Positions 24,931-38,850 of a stretch of 64,000 bases of DNA are shown piece after piece. Made by a program: the position numbers and the translations under genes. The notes under the pieces are model-generated. The model was not told the origin of the DNA, searched no databases, and worked only from the letters and a program-made list of their open reading frames with translations. The stretch comes from Podarcis gaigeae (Eukaryota): the NCBI GenBank assembly GCA_964106915.2, contig OZ066922.1; one strand, given 5' to 3'. The number at the start of each line of letters is the position of its first letter. Positions within the stretch are counted from its first letter, which is position 1.

Positions 24931-26939
24931 GGTAATAACACACACACATATACACTAATAGGGAAAGGGAAAGCAGTTGGAAGGGAAGAGAAGGAGAATA
25001 AGATTGCACCTAGCTTGCTAGTTCCAAATGCGCCTTTTGGTCTGAAGTATGGGGAATGAGAGACACAAGATGTCCCTATGGTACTATGGCCATCCTCCAA
25101 TGTTTTACTTTATTGTACGTTTTGAAAATAATTTTTATAGTTTTTCATACCCCCATGTGTAACTTTCAGGTAGGTATCTGCAAAGGCGTCCACTATGCTT
25201 CTTAACTGGCATACTATTAAAATATTTCAAAGAATTACAGAGAAGCATGAAGAATTGAGAAAGGGTATAGCCTGCTTAAAGGGGAATGTGGTGGAGCAAA
25301 GGAACTTTATCTGAATCAAAATGTATGTTAAAATAGCAGCATAAAGTGAACAAGGGCATTATTATTATTTTTTAAAATGTGGTATCTAACTCCTGCCGTG
25401 GTGTAGCCTTTTTACACTACAGCCATTACATTTTGACCTACAGCCAATTCAATGCTGGATTATAAAATGAGACAGAGAAGGAAGAGAACTCAATACCCTT
25501 TGGTTAGGGTATAATCTCTTAGTGAAACAAATCAAATAACTACGAAAGGAAGTTCAGAACTTCTGTTATTTGGTTATTCTGAATATCCAGTGGGGCAAGG
25601 CAGAAGGATATTTTCACTGAACCATCCCTTGCAGCTACCTGCTGTTTGCCTCAAGTTCAAGACAGGTACTGTGAGGTATGCCTCCACTGTGATTTACTGG
25701 GGGAAAAAGAAAATTTTCCAAATCACCTACCTCTTAACAAGGACATGGCTCATTCTGGATCAACTGAGATATGAAGTTGCAACTGAATTTAGACCTATTT
25801 CTATTGCTACCACAATGGAAACTTGAATGCATCACCACAGAGAAGGTGGTTTGTAGGGAGAGCTGTGGGGCAATAAGGAGAAGACACAGCGTTCTTCTTA
25901 TATCTGTAACTTGCAGGCATTCAGTGAAGTGTCCATTGTTGTTGGAATGCACAGGCAAGTGGGAAGAAGGAAGTGTGGGATGAGGCATTTTCCCTCTGCT
26001 CCTTATCAAGAATAAAGGTGAGATGGTGACAAGACCAGTCTGCCTTCAGAACAGTCTTAAAGGGAATATCATAAACATTCTGCCACTGCTTCTCAACAAC
26101 CAGAGACAGGGAATACGATTTAGTGGGATACAGGCTTCTCATGCCTATCTAATCAATGGAACTTTTGCTAGGCTTTTTTTTTTTTTACATCAAATCTTTG
26201 TTAAAATATTCATTTAGAATCAGCTGCTGCATAAGTCAGCATATTTTTTTTTAATTCATCCTTGTTAAAGTCTTCTAAAAACAAAATTAAATAATCACCA
26301 CCACCACATACAGCCAATAAACTTAAATGGAAACATATATTGTGTATAAACTATTACTAAATATAAACTATTACTAAATAGACACGGATACTTGAATTTT
26401 TACTCCATTTTACCAGTCTATCAAAAATGGCCAAAGTCTCCCTGTACATGGTGCCCACACTGATGTTTCCACAGAGAAGACCTACTGATGCATGCCATCA
26501 TTTTAGTTATACTGCTGTGTTCAGGCAGTCACACTCATTGTCACAGATTGTCTTGGATCTTTCCTCCCCAAGGAAACTACTCCTATGAAGTGTGAAGCCC
26601 TTATCTGGCATTCTGTATGAAGACTCAACATTTATTTCTACAACCAGAAAAAGCAAAATTGAAGAATATTATAATTCCATTTTTATTTAACCCTGGGGTA
26701 TGCAATGTCACAGCAAAAATTCTTATTAACATAACTTCAAGTTTGTGTACATTGTAGTGCTTGGTTAAAGTATTCAGCCCAAACTTTACTGCATTTCAGG
26801 GTTCAGGTGGGCAAAACAATCTCTTAATATTTTTGTGATATTTGGGCAAATTTTCTCGTATTTTTCTCTGTGTGTGTTTCTGTGTGCATGACTTAACACA
26901 ATAGATATGGGGTGGCAAATGGTTGCTGTCTTTCTTTTA

Positions 26940-27151
26940 CAGTGGTACCTCGGGTTACAGATGCTTCAGGTTAGCAGAAATAGTACCTTGGGTTAAGAAC
27001 TTTGCTTCAGGATGAGAACAGAAATCATGCAGCGGTGGCGCAGTGGCAGCGGGAGGCCCCATTAGGTAAAGTGGTACCTCGGATTAAGAACAGTTTCAGG
27101 TTAAGAACGGACCTCCAGAACGAATTAAGTTCTTAACCCGAGGTACCACTG
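26940..27151. mobile_element. Tc1/mariner (Tigger-like) MITE, internally deleted
   Basis: TIRs cagtggtacctcgggtta / taacccgaggtaccactg, TA TSD. Confidence 0.9.
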
Positions 27152-27180
27152 TACTAGGAAAAACTTTTGTCACCACTTTA

Positions 27181-27359
27181 AGTGGCAGCAGGGCTGCAAT
27201 TAACAACAAAGGTCATACAGTGTTCAACAATTGCAACACAGAACTCATCAGTGAGAACAGCCCAGAAGGAATGAAACAAAGTTGTCCCATTCGTATTGGG
27301 GCATTCTCACTGAGGAACAACATCAGTCTCTGTTGCTTCTTATTGTTGTTTTGCCACTA
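27181..27359. mobile_element. Degenerate foldback element
   Basis: agtggca / tgccact ends and inner arms tcagtgagaacagccc / gggcattctcactga. Confidence 0.4.
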
Positions 27360-29504
27360 CCTGAAGGAGTGATAAAGCTTTTTAACCACTTTTTCAAACA
27401 CCCTGCCACCTCATATTTATCACATTAACTGTCCCACCAATAAAATAAAAGTCTCCAAATCCCCACCACAAGAATATGAAAATAAAAATAAAAAGGTGTG
27501 TGTGACTAATGGCTGGGTTGGGGAGGATTTTACATCTAGCTGTATATGTTGTGCTGGTTAGGCTAGTTTCTGAAGGAGGCGGGAGAGAGGGCTTGTGCCC
27601 TGAGTGGCGGGTTGGTTGGGGGGGAGCAAACAACACCCTGCCCTGATGCTGACATGCTCAGTGACTCTCCAGTTTCATAATCCCCAGCTGGTTTCATTTG
27701 TCAGCGATCCATGGATGCAGCAAGTGTGTCTTTCTACAGTCACTCACCTCTTCTAATAAGTAGAACCTGGCTGGCATCCTCAAGTATTTGCTGTGGTGGC
27801 ACACGATTCTCCTCTCTCCTCCATGCTGCATTGTCGTTCCAGTTGGCTTTTGGTTATTAGAAGATGTGAGTGAGTGGGTTTGTACCCAGCCACACTGTCA
27901 TTGTCAGGGCCTGACTGGATGATACATCCTTTACGTTCCAGCACTGAGGATGGACCCACTTATCAGAGGACGTTAATGGCTTCTGCAAATGGGGAGGAGG
28001 GGCAGTAACAACCTTTGACTCAGCATAATTCCAAGGATGCCCCCCATCCATTAGGAACTGTAGCCGACACTGATTAAGGGTGGCCAAGGAAGACAGCAAG
28101 CAGCATGTGTGCTGGTATTACATTAGTGGGGAATTTGCAAATCAGAGATTTATGCAAGGCGATACATGCCTCAGGACTGGCTGCTGAGCACATATGCACA
28201 AATTGTTCAGTCGAAATGAGTATGAGTAACACCCTCTTTTTACCTAGCCTAACTCTGAGCTAGTAGTTTCTCCACTTCCTGTAAGAGCTTCCAGTCAGAG
28301 TTGCTTCATTGCTGAAGCAACAGATCTCTTCTAACCTCTAGCATCCTTTGGAAATTGATACCATCCTGAGTGTTAGGGATGGGACAACTAAAATATCTAC
28401 ACATATTTGTATGAAAGCCTTCATCTAGTACTACCTGAACTCATCAAATGTTTTATGAATAATCACAATTCTAGTCCTACATTTTAGGTTCATGGAGACA
28501 TACAGAGGTGAACATTATTCTGCTTGTAAAAGACAAAGAGGAAAGTAATTCACTTCAAACAATAGGTGATATGCTATTTATACTTATGTATCCACACCAT
28601 AATATGAATTAGCCACACTTGATCATAATTTAATTTAGGATGTGGACCAAAGGAAAAAAATAAAAGGGGCATAAAATATTTGGAATACATTATTCAGATA
28701 AAAACTTTCAGTTGTTGACAAGAAATGCCTGCTATTTAATAAGACATATGAAATACTTTAGTATGGTCTTTTTCATTATGTTTTATTTAAAATGTTAATG
28801 GAGCTTTTCTACAATTCAGATAATTTATTTTTGAATCACTTTCCCCTGGAATGATTCATCGTGTGTATGTACAGTAATATACAGTCAAGTCCCCTTAAAG
28901 AACATGCATCAATCCAGTTCCCTTTTGAAGCCTACAGTAAATGCCCTCTAACAGAGCACAGCAACATTACATAAATCATCTTATATGAAAAATTAACATG
29001 ACATCAAATATTTATAAATATTAATGTGTATGTTAATATAACCAAAGCTGTAACAAACAATCATAACCTTGCCAAGTTTCCTAGGACAGGCGCCGTTGAT
29101 AATGATATCCATTATCTCTGGAGGACTGTACAATTATGGAAGAATATGTTGGATGCTATATTTCTTATCTGTTCTCAAATTCCTCCACTAAACTCTCTAC
29201 TTTATGTTTTATATTAACCCATTATTCACTGTTGTAATTATTCTTCCAGGGAAACAATTGGCTCTGTATGAGATATAATTATGGTTGTGAGTGGACAGGA
29301 GACCTCAAATAGCTTTAGATACAGTGATAGTAAATAAAATCCCATTCTTTTTCCTACAGCATTTTTCTCTAGGTTATCAGATGCCCAGAGAACCTGTACC
29401 TCTGTTACTCACTGCCAAACTTTTAAAAGAAAATTTAAATGAACTGCAGCATTTTGTTTTGTTTTTAAAAGCTAGCTGTAAGTGCCAATACTTATTAGAA
29501 GCCA

Positions 29505-29592
29505 TGGAGTGGAATCCTATGCATGTTTTTCTCAGTAGTAAATCCCACTGATTTTGATGGGACTTATGCCCAGATAATGCATAGAGCACTGA
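29505..29592. mobile_element. Short palindromic MITE
   Basis: aatcctatgcatgt..ctcagtagtaaatcccactgattttgatgggactta..gcatag. Confidence 0.55.
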
Positions 29593-30408
29593 AGCCGCAT
29601 CTCTTTTTTAAAATAATAATGCTTCACATCACATGCAATTCTACTGTTCAAAATGTGATGCTTTATAATTTATCTAACATCATGTATACTCAAATTGTTT
29701 ATAGAATTTATAGTTCAAATCCCTTATCCTTGATCCCTCATCACTCTTTCCCCCTATTAAAAAGGAGAGGGCACTGGAGAAGTGTTTCCTTATAACATAC
29801 ATTGGCTGATCCTCGCTTTCCCCTGCACACCCCATATAGATTCAAGAAGAGGCACCATCTTGCACCTAAGATTGAGTGGGCCTAGCGCACATTGCGCGCG
29901 TGTGATGTCATGTTCCTGGCATGCAATGCGGCATCATTAGGAGGAGGCCGAGTGCAGAGTCCGTTGCAGGGTGGCTTCGTCTCTCGCACTCAGGAGCAAC
30001 CAGCCACTGAACCATGTTGTGCTCGGCTCTCCACTTGGCCTCCTCCCCTGCCAGCCAATACTGAGGGGTCCGAAAACACCTCTGCCCCTAGGAGTTGGCT
30101 TGCCTGGGTTGAAGCCTGGTTTGAGGTCATAATTTCCTCCCACTTTCTTCTCTTGATATTGCTTACTGCAACTTCCAATGGAAACTGCTACCACTGCTGC
30201 TTCTGTTGGGAACTCTGAGACACATTCTGTATTGTGTGTGCTCCTGTTCTCTTCTTCTTACTGTAATGAACTGAAATGCCCAGAAGCTGGGTGGAAGAAG
30301 CCCTGATTTTTACTGGTATCTCCAGGCTTTGTCAGCAACAGCCTTTCTCAGGGGAGATCGCTAACTGGTTGCCATGCACCTTTATCCCACCCTTTCATTT
30401 ATAGACTT

Positions 30409-30572
30409 TAAAGGTAAAGGGACCCCTGACCATTAGGTCCAGTCGTGGCCGACTCTGAAGTTGCGGCGCTCATCTCACTTTACTGGCCGAGGGAGCCGGC
30501 GTACAGCTTCCGGGTCATGTGGCCAGCATGACGAAGCCGCTTCTGGCAAACCAGAGCAGCGCACAGAAATGG
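30409..30572 (-). mobile_element. Sauria SINE, 5'-truncated
   Basis: taaaggtaaagggacccctgacc..gggtcatgtggccagcatgac. Confidence 0.9.
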
Positions 30573-33339
30573 CAAATATTTTTTCAGGTAACCTAATCCA
30601 GTTATGCAGATGCAGCGCCAATGCAGTTGGCATTACGATGACATGCGAGAGAATGAGAGGCAGTTACGCCAAGCAAAGCCTTATAGGAATGAGGTGTAAA
30701 TTGCTTATGCAATTCAGTTAAAACAGTGTACACCTACACCCACCCACCCACAGGAATGGTTTGACAGAAGGTGAAATGAAAAAGGAATATTTTTAAAAGA
30801 CAGTGAAACAATCATGAAGGTCCTTCTCACCACAAATTTGGCAACAATTTATTATTAGGTTTAATTTTGTTTAGATTTTCCTCCTAGATTGAACTGACAC
30901 TTTGTATCAATGGGGGGCAAATCCACTAATATAAAACTGAAGGGAATCACTATGTCACAGAATTTCTATGACTGCGGGGAAACATTTCTGCACCTTCACA
31001 AGAAATAGTAGGCTGCTTTTTGCTGCTGCTGCATTAAGTGCTATAAGAGAGAGAAGACAGGACATGGCGTCCTTGTGCACATAGGCTATGCCCATGTTTC
31101 ATTTCCAATGTACAATACAAAGGTACTTCAGCCACCTTCTGTATAGTTCCCCTCCCCCCTTTTTATTAATTTTCAACAGTTATCCAGGTTAGCTTTCTTA
31201 CAGCAAAATAAACACAAGGCTATATTTTGCATATGATACATATAGCATTTGTTTTTACCCTTCTGATTCTTACTGTAAACAGATTATATGCATGTGGTCA
31301 ATGCAACTTTTTTGGTAAATATACTTGAAATGATGCGTACTGCTCACAGTCAAACAAAGAAATCACATCATCCCATACTCGTGATACATCTTTGCTAAAT
31401 AATGTAATCCATGGCAATAAATAATGGACACGTTTTATTGCAAAAAAACATGCAAAAATCACACACACATACCCATATCCTGTTTACTTTAAGCTAGCAT
31501 TTAAAATGACATAGTAAAAGAGCACAGATGAACATAATTTCTGTAGTAGATCCTATGCTACTTTAGCTGGTTGTTTTTTGGGTAAGTAGGTGGAAACTAT
31601 TATTTACATTGTAGAAGAAGAAGAAAAAGATTTATTAAATTTCTCCCTATTAATGCATACAACCCAGTCAAAGCCAAATACTTTGAAGTTCCAGAATCAC
31701 AATTTGAGAAATGTAAGCATACATTGATGACACTTTAAAGTATTTAATTTAGGCTGGATCTTGGCCAGTGTTATCCTTCATAGCCCTTAAAGTTTATGGA
31801 AATAAGTAAATTAATCAGAGTTTAAAATGTCCAGATTTGTTCTGTTTGGAAAATGTGCCCTAATTGCACAGAAAAACAGAATATTTCTATATCAGAAACA
31901 ATTACCTCAAGAAACAAACATTAAAAAAAGCCAAGTGTAGTTAGCCAACCAATGATATTTTATCAGATCTCCCCAATAGTTTACCAGAGTTTGCTGCTCA
32001 TCCCAAAATAAAAATGGAAACATTAATATAATATTTTGTGGTTCCCTTTAAAATGTTAAATTTGTAATGTACAATAAATCATTGGGATCATAGTGGGGTG
32101 GGGGGCTTGCTGGGAGTTAGACATGATAAAAAGGGCAGAGCATTTTACTTAAAATAGTAAAAGCACAACATGTTATGGTTAGTGAAGAATTAGGTTTAGA
32201 AATTATTAAACATCCTTGATAGCAGAAGTCATGCATGTTTATCAGGGTGGTAGTTTATCTTCCTGGACAGCTCTGAGGCATCCCATCAAATATTCCAAGC
32301 AATTTTCTGGGCACTAAGTAAGGAGCCATATTCCCCCATGGAAGGATGTTACTGCTATACAGCAAGATGTGCTATCAAAACCAAAGCACTCAAAGAACTG
32401 AAGGCAAGAAGAAGGTGGCAGTGAGAAAAAAAAATGCAATAAATGTTCTGGATTAACAGAAACTATTCTGCTATCAAAGCAGACACTCTGTCCTTTTCCC
32501 ATTAATACAAATTATTAGCTAGTCAATTACCATTAAATGCTCAGACATAAATATTGTCCTAATTGTACTATAATAGCTAATGAGTCCTTAACAGCAAGGA
32601 ATAAGCTTCAAGAGACAGAGTTTCCCCAAAGTTATATGAAGGGGCCTCTCTCCCTTGGTGTTACTGACAGAAGGCAGAAGGGACTGCTGCAGGCACAGAG
32701 AGCAACAGTCACTTTCTCGAAGGCAAAGGCTTTCTTCAAGAGGAGATAGGAGGCTCTGCATAAACAGTGGGAGATCTCTGTTCAAAGTAAGAGAGTCAAG
32801 AGCTCTGTTCTCACTGATTAACATGTATAATAACAATTCTCTGCTCTTTCATTCATAATTATATTTTAACTTTTTAACTGGGGATTCTTATTAGCAGAAG
32901 TACTGTATTAGGCAAAAAGATGCAGAGTCAAGCGGTGGGATTATCTTTAATTTATCTCTGGAAATGAGGCTCCTGTGCAAGATGAGGACAAAACTGATTA
33001 TGATTGTATTTATTCCTTCTTTGTTGCCCCTTTTGTAGCACTAGTTTAAGCAATCAGGCTGAGCTCATACAGAAATGCTTCCATTAATTCTCTCTCTAGG
33101 TTGCACAAATATTTTCAGTTCATATGCATCGAATGATGCTTTGTGAAGTGATTCTGCTCAGGAAATAAGGGACAGGGCTTTCCGCACATATGCCAGACAT
33201 ATGAATAATGGTGTATAAACTGAAGCTATAGCTTTGATATGTCCATACAGCTTGGTGACTGTATTTCATGCTGAATATTATTAAGATGGGCACGCTGTCA
33301 AGTACAGGAAATAAAGATGTTAAACAGCTTACTGTGGAA

Positions 33340-33415
33340 GCTGATACATGTTTACTCAGAAGCTTCATTGAGTTCAATGGGACTTATTCCCAAGTGAATG
33401 TGTATAGGACTGCCA
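33340..33415. mobile_element. Short palindromic MITE
   Basis: tacatgtttactcagaag..cattgagttcaatgggactta..tgtataggactgc. Confidence 0.6.
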
Positions 33416-36400
33416 CTAAGTTCCACAATATTTAATGTTGTGTGCATAGAATGATGTTGAAATAGTTTGGATTATCAGAACTATCATAATGTATACATAC
33501 AACATTTTGCACTATGACCAATATTTTTGAGATATATTATATATGACAGAGAGTTGATAATACAGCAAGTAAACTAGGATCAGCGGCTTTTTAAAAATGA
33601 TTTGACAAATACACAGAGGATTGGTTTTGCACGCAGAAAAGTCCAATGCATGATTACTCATAAACAAGCTTGACCGTGTTCAATGCAACCTTGCTAGCCG
33701 TATCTGCAAAAGGGGTTGAATATCACCATCGTGTATTGAGTGGAGTTGCACCTAGAACGTTTGGCTCAAACAGATGTTCGACAGAATGACTGACTAAACT
33801 GACCTTTGGTCTGATCCAGCAAGCATTCTGGTGGCAGTAAAGGGATGTACAGCGATCACCATTTCCTAGTTTCTCTGTGTACTCTGGATCTTAATTTTAG
33901 TACCCAGAGATTGGATCAAGTGTTATAGATGGACTAACTCCTGGCCAAAACAAAATTATTGCAAGCTATGTCTCAAATAAAATACTAGCTGAATTGTTAT
34001 TGGTGTAATAACCTTTTTTTATTACTGTAATACAAATATAGGTAACATAAAACTGGGTTACAGAAATGGAGTATGATCCAACTACATTTTAAGCACCTTT
34101 AATTTCAACCATAGAGAATTCAGCTCACACTTAACTCTCCTAGTAAAAGTAAGGGGACTTTAAAATGCTTCACTTTGGCTGGACGATGCCTTCTACGCAC
34201 CAGTAAAGGTATTTTAAGACATAGGACTCTACTGATTATTCTATTCAGTCTCAGTTAGAGACAACTGCTGATAAATCCAAGACTCAACTTGACATTATAT
34301 GCACAGGTTTCTAACACTTCCCTGTTGGTTGTTTGTTGCTTGCTTTTAACCTCAGGAGGCTACTCTTCAGAAGGCTGGGAAAGGGATGCACCCTTTCCCT
34401 GATGGTCTTTTGTGTGTGTACTAAAAATTGCTTTTCAGAACCCTGGGGGATAAAGTGCAATTCAAGAAAGGGTATATTCAATGAAAAAAAACCAGACAAC
34501 AGGGAAATGATTAAGCACCTCCTCTCCGCTGCTATCCTCTGCCCCAAACCTCAGCCTACTGAAACTTTTGCTGCTACTGGTGGCTTTTCTGATTTTATTC
34601 TAAATCAGAGTGATGTTTACACACACCTACTTGTAGCAACTGGTTTGACATTTAGCAAATACAGTAGTGGGAAAACATTATTTTTTTGCCACTCAACCAT
34701 TCTTAACCTGTCTGAAGAAACGAGTAGGACCTGAAAACAAAGAATTCTCTTTCCAGAGTCTGAATGCGTTTTGGGAAAATGTATCAATATATAATACTAA
34801 ATACTAATTTGAAGACAGTTAACTTGAGAAGCTGCACAAAACGCACGTGCCGCTATCCTGCATATATGTACACAATACACACAACTGGGATGTGTAGAAG
34901 TAACCATTATTCAGAAGACAACAAAGCAACTTGAGTTTGATCTAGTTATCAGTGGACTCTGCTTGTAGTGGCTTTGTTCCTACATTTCACTTTATGACAT
35001 TCATAGGTTTTATTCTCATATGCATTGCACTTTTCTCCCATTAATCATAACAATTGAAAGTTCCAATATAGGAACCTATGTTTGTATATTTTTCTAGATC
35101 TAGAAAACTGGTGTTGCTGGTTATTACCCTTTAGTATGGTTGGAACAAGGTTATTATCCCTATGAATGTTGAAAATTGGCAACTCCGGTAGCTGTTTCCA
35201 TTTTGTGATCATACACTTTCAGTTTTTACATGCACACCCAACAGTGTTGTTTTGTATATATATTTCAAAACACTCAAACAGAAAAGTGGACTTAGTTTTG
35301 TACCTGTCAAATAAAAAAAACAAACTAGTCATAGTAGACCTATATGGCTCCAAGGGTTTAAAATATTTAATCTCAAGTTATATTTTAAGAGTCCAAAGGT
35401 ACAGCCCTGAACATGAGATTATTAATTCTGTAGAAAAAATTAATCTACAGGGATTATTTCCCCCCTTAATAATTACAAATATTTTTTTCCACTGGTCGTC
35501 CAGGAACCGGTTGAGTCCTGAGTCAATATTGCTTTTATAAATTGCACAGTACCAATTTTAAAGACAAAGCAATAAACTGAATCATTTCCCTAATGACTCT
35601 GCCAAATTATTTCATATATATTTATACTTGGGAGCCTTTCAATGAGTCCTATTACTAAACATCATATTCACAAAAAAGCTTGGCACAGCTGTACCATTTC
35701 TGATCCATTTATAACACTTTCCATCGAAAGCAGAGCAATTTTAATCACAAACATTCCATATGAGAAAAAGAAGAATGCTCAGTGGTTACATCTGAGATAA
35801 CATCAGCACACAGGTCAACTTCAGACATCATAGTGGTCACATGAAGGCGTAAGTATAGCAAAGGTCAGGTTAATCGGTTTCTGAATAGGGAGTTACTTTC
35901 TTTTTTTATTTATTAATGTGCATTCAACTCAGCTAATGGATTTAATATAAGGGTGGTGCAGGGAGGGAACAAGAGTCACTAAATCTCAGACTTCCATTTT
36001 TTCATTAATATTAATATGGTCTTCAGCCGGAGCATATTGGTATTATACAAACTAAGAAGTTATTATGGGACAAAGTGCTTGCGTTCTGTTGGTATGTGGG
36101 TTTGTTTAAAAGGTCGAACATATGAATGCAGAAATAATTTTCTTCAGTATTCCTAGACTATGGGAAACTGTGGAGATGCATGTGCCAATCAAGCATTGTG
36201 CTTGTTAGGAATAAATGTATTTTAACAGGATGTGAAAACTTCACTCAGTGGTTCAACTGAGCAAGGAAGAATCTGCAGGAAGGGGCATGCCAGCCCTGTA
36301 ACATCTGATTTGCAAAAAAATAGGTGGTGCTACTCTTGTGTCACCTGGGACTTCTACATAAATAGAAATATAGCTGGCCTCGTTTTCTTGCAGATGAGGT

Positions 36401-36439
36401 GTATTTGATAGCCTTGGTCTCCATAAGAACATTTAAATA

Positions 36440-36476
<37 letters not shown>
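36440..36476. repeat. (GTCT)n microsatellite
   Basis: Pure tetranucleotide run. Confidence 0.95.
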
Positions 36477-36477
<1 letters not shown>

Positions 36478-36522
36478 ATTTGTTCATGCAAAAATACTTT
36501 TACTTCTACTCATACTTTAAAT

Positions 36523-36683
36523 CAGTGTTTTTTCTGGGGGTACGCATACCCCTAAACATTTTGTGAATCTTTGTACTTTTGTCCATTTACTGTATTTATT
36601 TTTCCCGATTTGAACTATAAAATGGTGTTTTTTTTGAGTCAAAATGAGAGTACCCCTAAACATTTTTTTAGAAAAAAGCACTG
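36523..36683. mobile_element. hAT MITE
   Basis: TIRs cagtgttttttct / agaaaaaagcactg; perfect 8-bp TSD CTTTAAAT (36515-36522, 36684-36691). Confidence 0.9.
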
Positions 36684-36699
36684 CTTTAAATTATCTTAG

Positions 36700-36785
36700 A
36701 CCGCAATCCTATTCACACTTAACTTGAAGAGAACACAGAACTCAATTAAACTTATTTCCTACAAAACATGTATAGAATAGGGCTA
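36700..36785. mobile_element. Short palindromic MITE relic
   Basis: gcaatcctattcacactt..aacatgtatagaat. Confidence 0.45.
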
Positions 36786-38539
36786 AACATTACACAAATA
36801 ATATCTATTTTGTGTATGCACCAAAAAGTCTGTGCATGCAGGAAAACTTCTATAGGAAGTGCAAAGAACAAAATATTAAATAACAAATGAGGCGTTCAAA
36901 ATGGCAAAAGTGAAAGCATTTTTTTCAATTCTCACAAGCACCAAGTGGGCAATGATTTAAAGGAAATGTCATCTGGTTCAAAACCACTCCAGATTGCTTT
37001 AAACGTGTCTCCAGTTTGAAGTTGTTCCCAACTGTAGCAGTTTCTTATTACATATTAATTAATTTTAATAAATAAATGACCATTTGTGAATACAGAGGGG
37101 ATGTGACATATCAACAACAACCTAGAGGCACAAGTACTGTGACTGTGACTGTAATTGTTTTTAAACTCTGCTTCTGTAAGAAAAGAAAGACTGTCAGATG
37201 GGAAGAGAGCATCTACAAACGCAACAAAGAATTGTGTCAAATGTGTTGGACTGTTGCCTCTTGTATCTCCATCATGTATTTGGTGGGCATCCCGTTCTTC
37301 CTGGTGGACAATGTAGGGATCTATTATTTTATAATATTACAATTATTTTATCCTAGTAAAAGTGAGGCATGATCTACATTCCCTAAAGTAATTGTCTTTT
37401 TTCTGTTACCCAATGCCATGCCTTTTTTTTTTTGCTCTTTATCCCAGATATATCCCTTTGCTATTATATTAACATAAAAGACAACATGCCTATTTTATTT
37501 ACTTTAAATATGCTGTAACCTGCTGGAAGGAATGTTTAAATCTCCAAAACTCCAACTTTAACAAACAGGTCACAGAAATGTAGGTGAATGGGTAGGCAAC
37601 AGAAATGTTCAAATTGGTTTTGCAAGTAAGTTAAATATAAAAAAAGAGAAATGGTTTTTAATACCACGAAAGATGCTGCAATAGATATGTAAAAAAAGAT
37701 GTTTCATATCAATTAGCATGTACATGCGTTGTAAACTAAAGTAAATTATGTTTTTCATTATTTTACTAAAATTAAAGAATGGGTATTCAGCAATATCTTT
37801 AAAATTTCATATAGCTCGGGCTAGTTTCGGCATGCCAGATCATTTTAGCATAATGAATTTCTTTGCATGCATCATAAGGATACTTACAGTCATAGCAATA
37901 TTTTTCTTTTAAATGTGAATCTAAGGAAAATATTAATAGGCTGTCTCATTTTTATGTAAGCCATTATTACATTTTACTAATGAGAAATCTGTCATATTAT
38001 TTCCTATTGCTTTAATATAAGCTACGTATCGTAACACATCTGTGTTGCAATATCTTTGTTACAATTGCTTTACCTATGATGCTATAAACAGCATGTGGCA
38101 AAAGCCCAGAGTAGGAAGCAAGGAGGTTACGGCAGGTAATGTGACCTCTGTTGGACCAGCTGAAACAAACCATTTTACAGGCAAAGAGCCATGTGAATTC
38201 ACACTTGGGAGAGGAAAATCAAAACGGCACATAATAATTAATAATAATAATAATAATGATAATAATAATAGAAAAATAGCAGTTGAAAGCCAGACAATTT
38301 CATACTGTTTTAGGATCTAGACCACCACTGCATATCTCCTTCTTTTTGTTTTGTTTCGTTGTCCCTGTGTAACACCATTAATTTCAATACAATTACGGCA
38401 GTGAAAATGTGAATAGCTTGAAGTACACTTGAGAATGAAGAGATGGTATATACGCCTCTTAATCAAACAACAGCTTTATAGCAAAGCTGTGAAGGACAAT
38501 TGCTTGTGTATGTGTACCAGAGTACCACAAAGCACTGCA

Positions 38540-38850
38540 GAACCCATAAAAATGTACATTTATCTCCTTCACCCCCTTTGCCTCCATGGGTCACCCTAAT
38601 GAATTTAAATAACTTTTATTCAGATTTTCAAAATGCTTAGAAATTAATGTTATTCCAGAAAATTTCAACCCTGTTATATATTGGCACTGGCGATTTTTAT
38701 GTCGCTCAAGGTTTTTTAAGGTTGTTTATGGGCTTTCATAAATATTGTCTATTTTCGTAGACTTTTATCTTTCGCTCAGTTTTGATTGAAGAATTTATGG
38801 GATTTTATCTGTCTTCATGGGAAGGATGTACAAGTGTCTCAAAATTTTAT
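38540..38850. promoter_or_regulatory. Candidate posterior-HOX/CDX enhancer
   Basis: Dense TTTATG/CCATAAAA/TTTTAT motifs with retained CpGs in AT-rich, TE-free DNA. Confidence 0.4.

Noticed and set aside
26345-26380. 17-bp tandem duplication tataaactattactaaa
   Set aside because: Ordinary slippage duplication
27397-27642. 11-bp direct repeat aacaccctgcc as a TSD
   Set aside because: Enclosed sequence has no tail, TIRs or family similarity; likely chance
34700-34740. Second hammerhead-like ctgaaga..gaaa motif
   Set aside because: No convincing stem II
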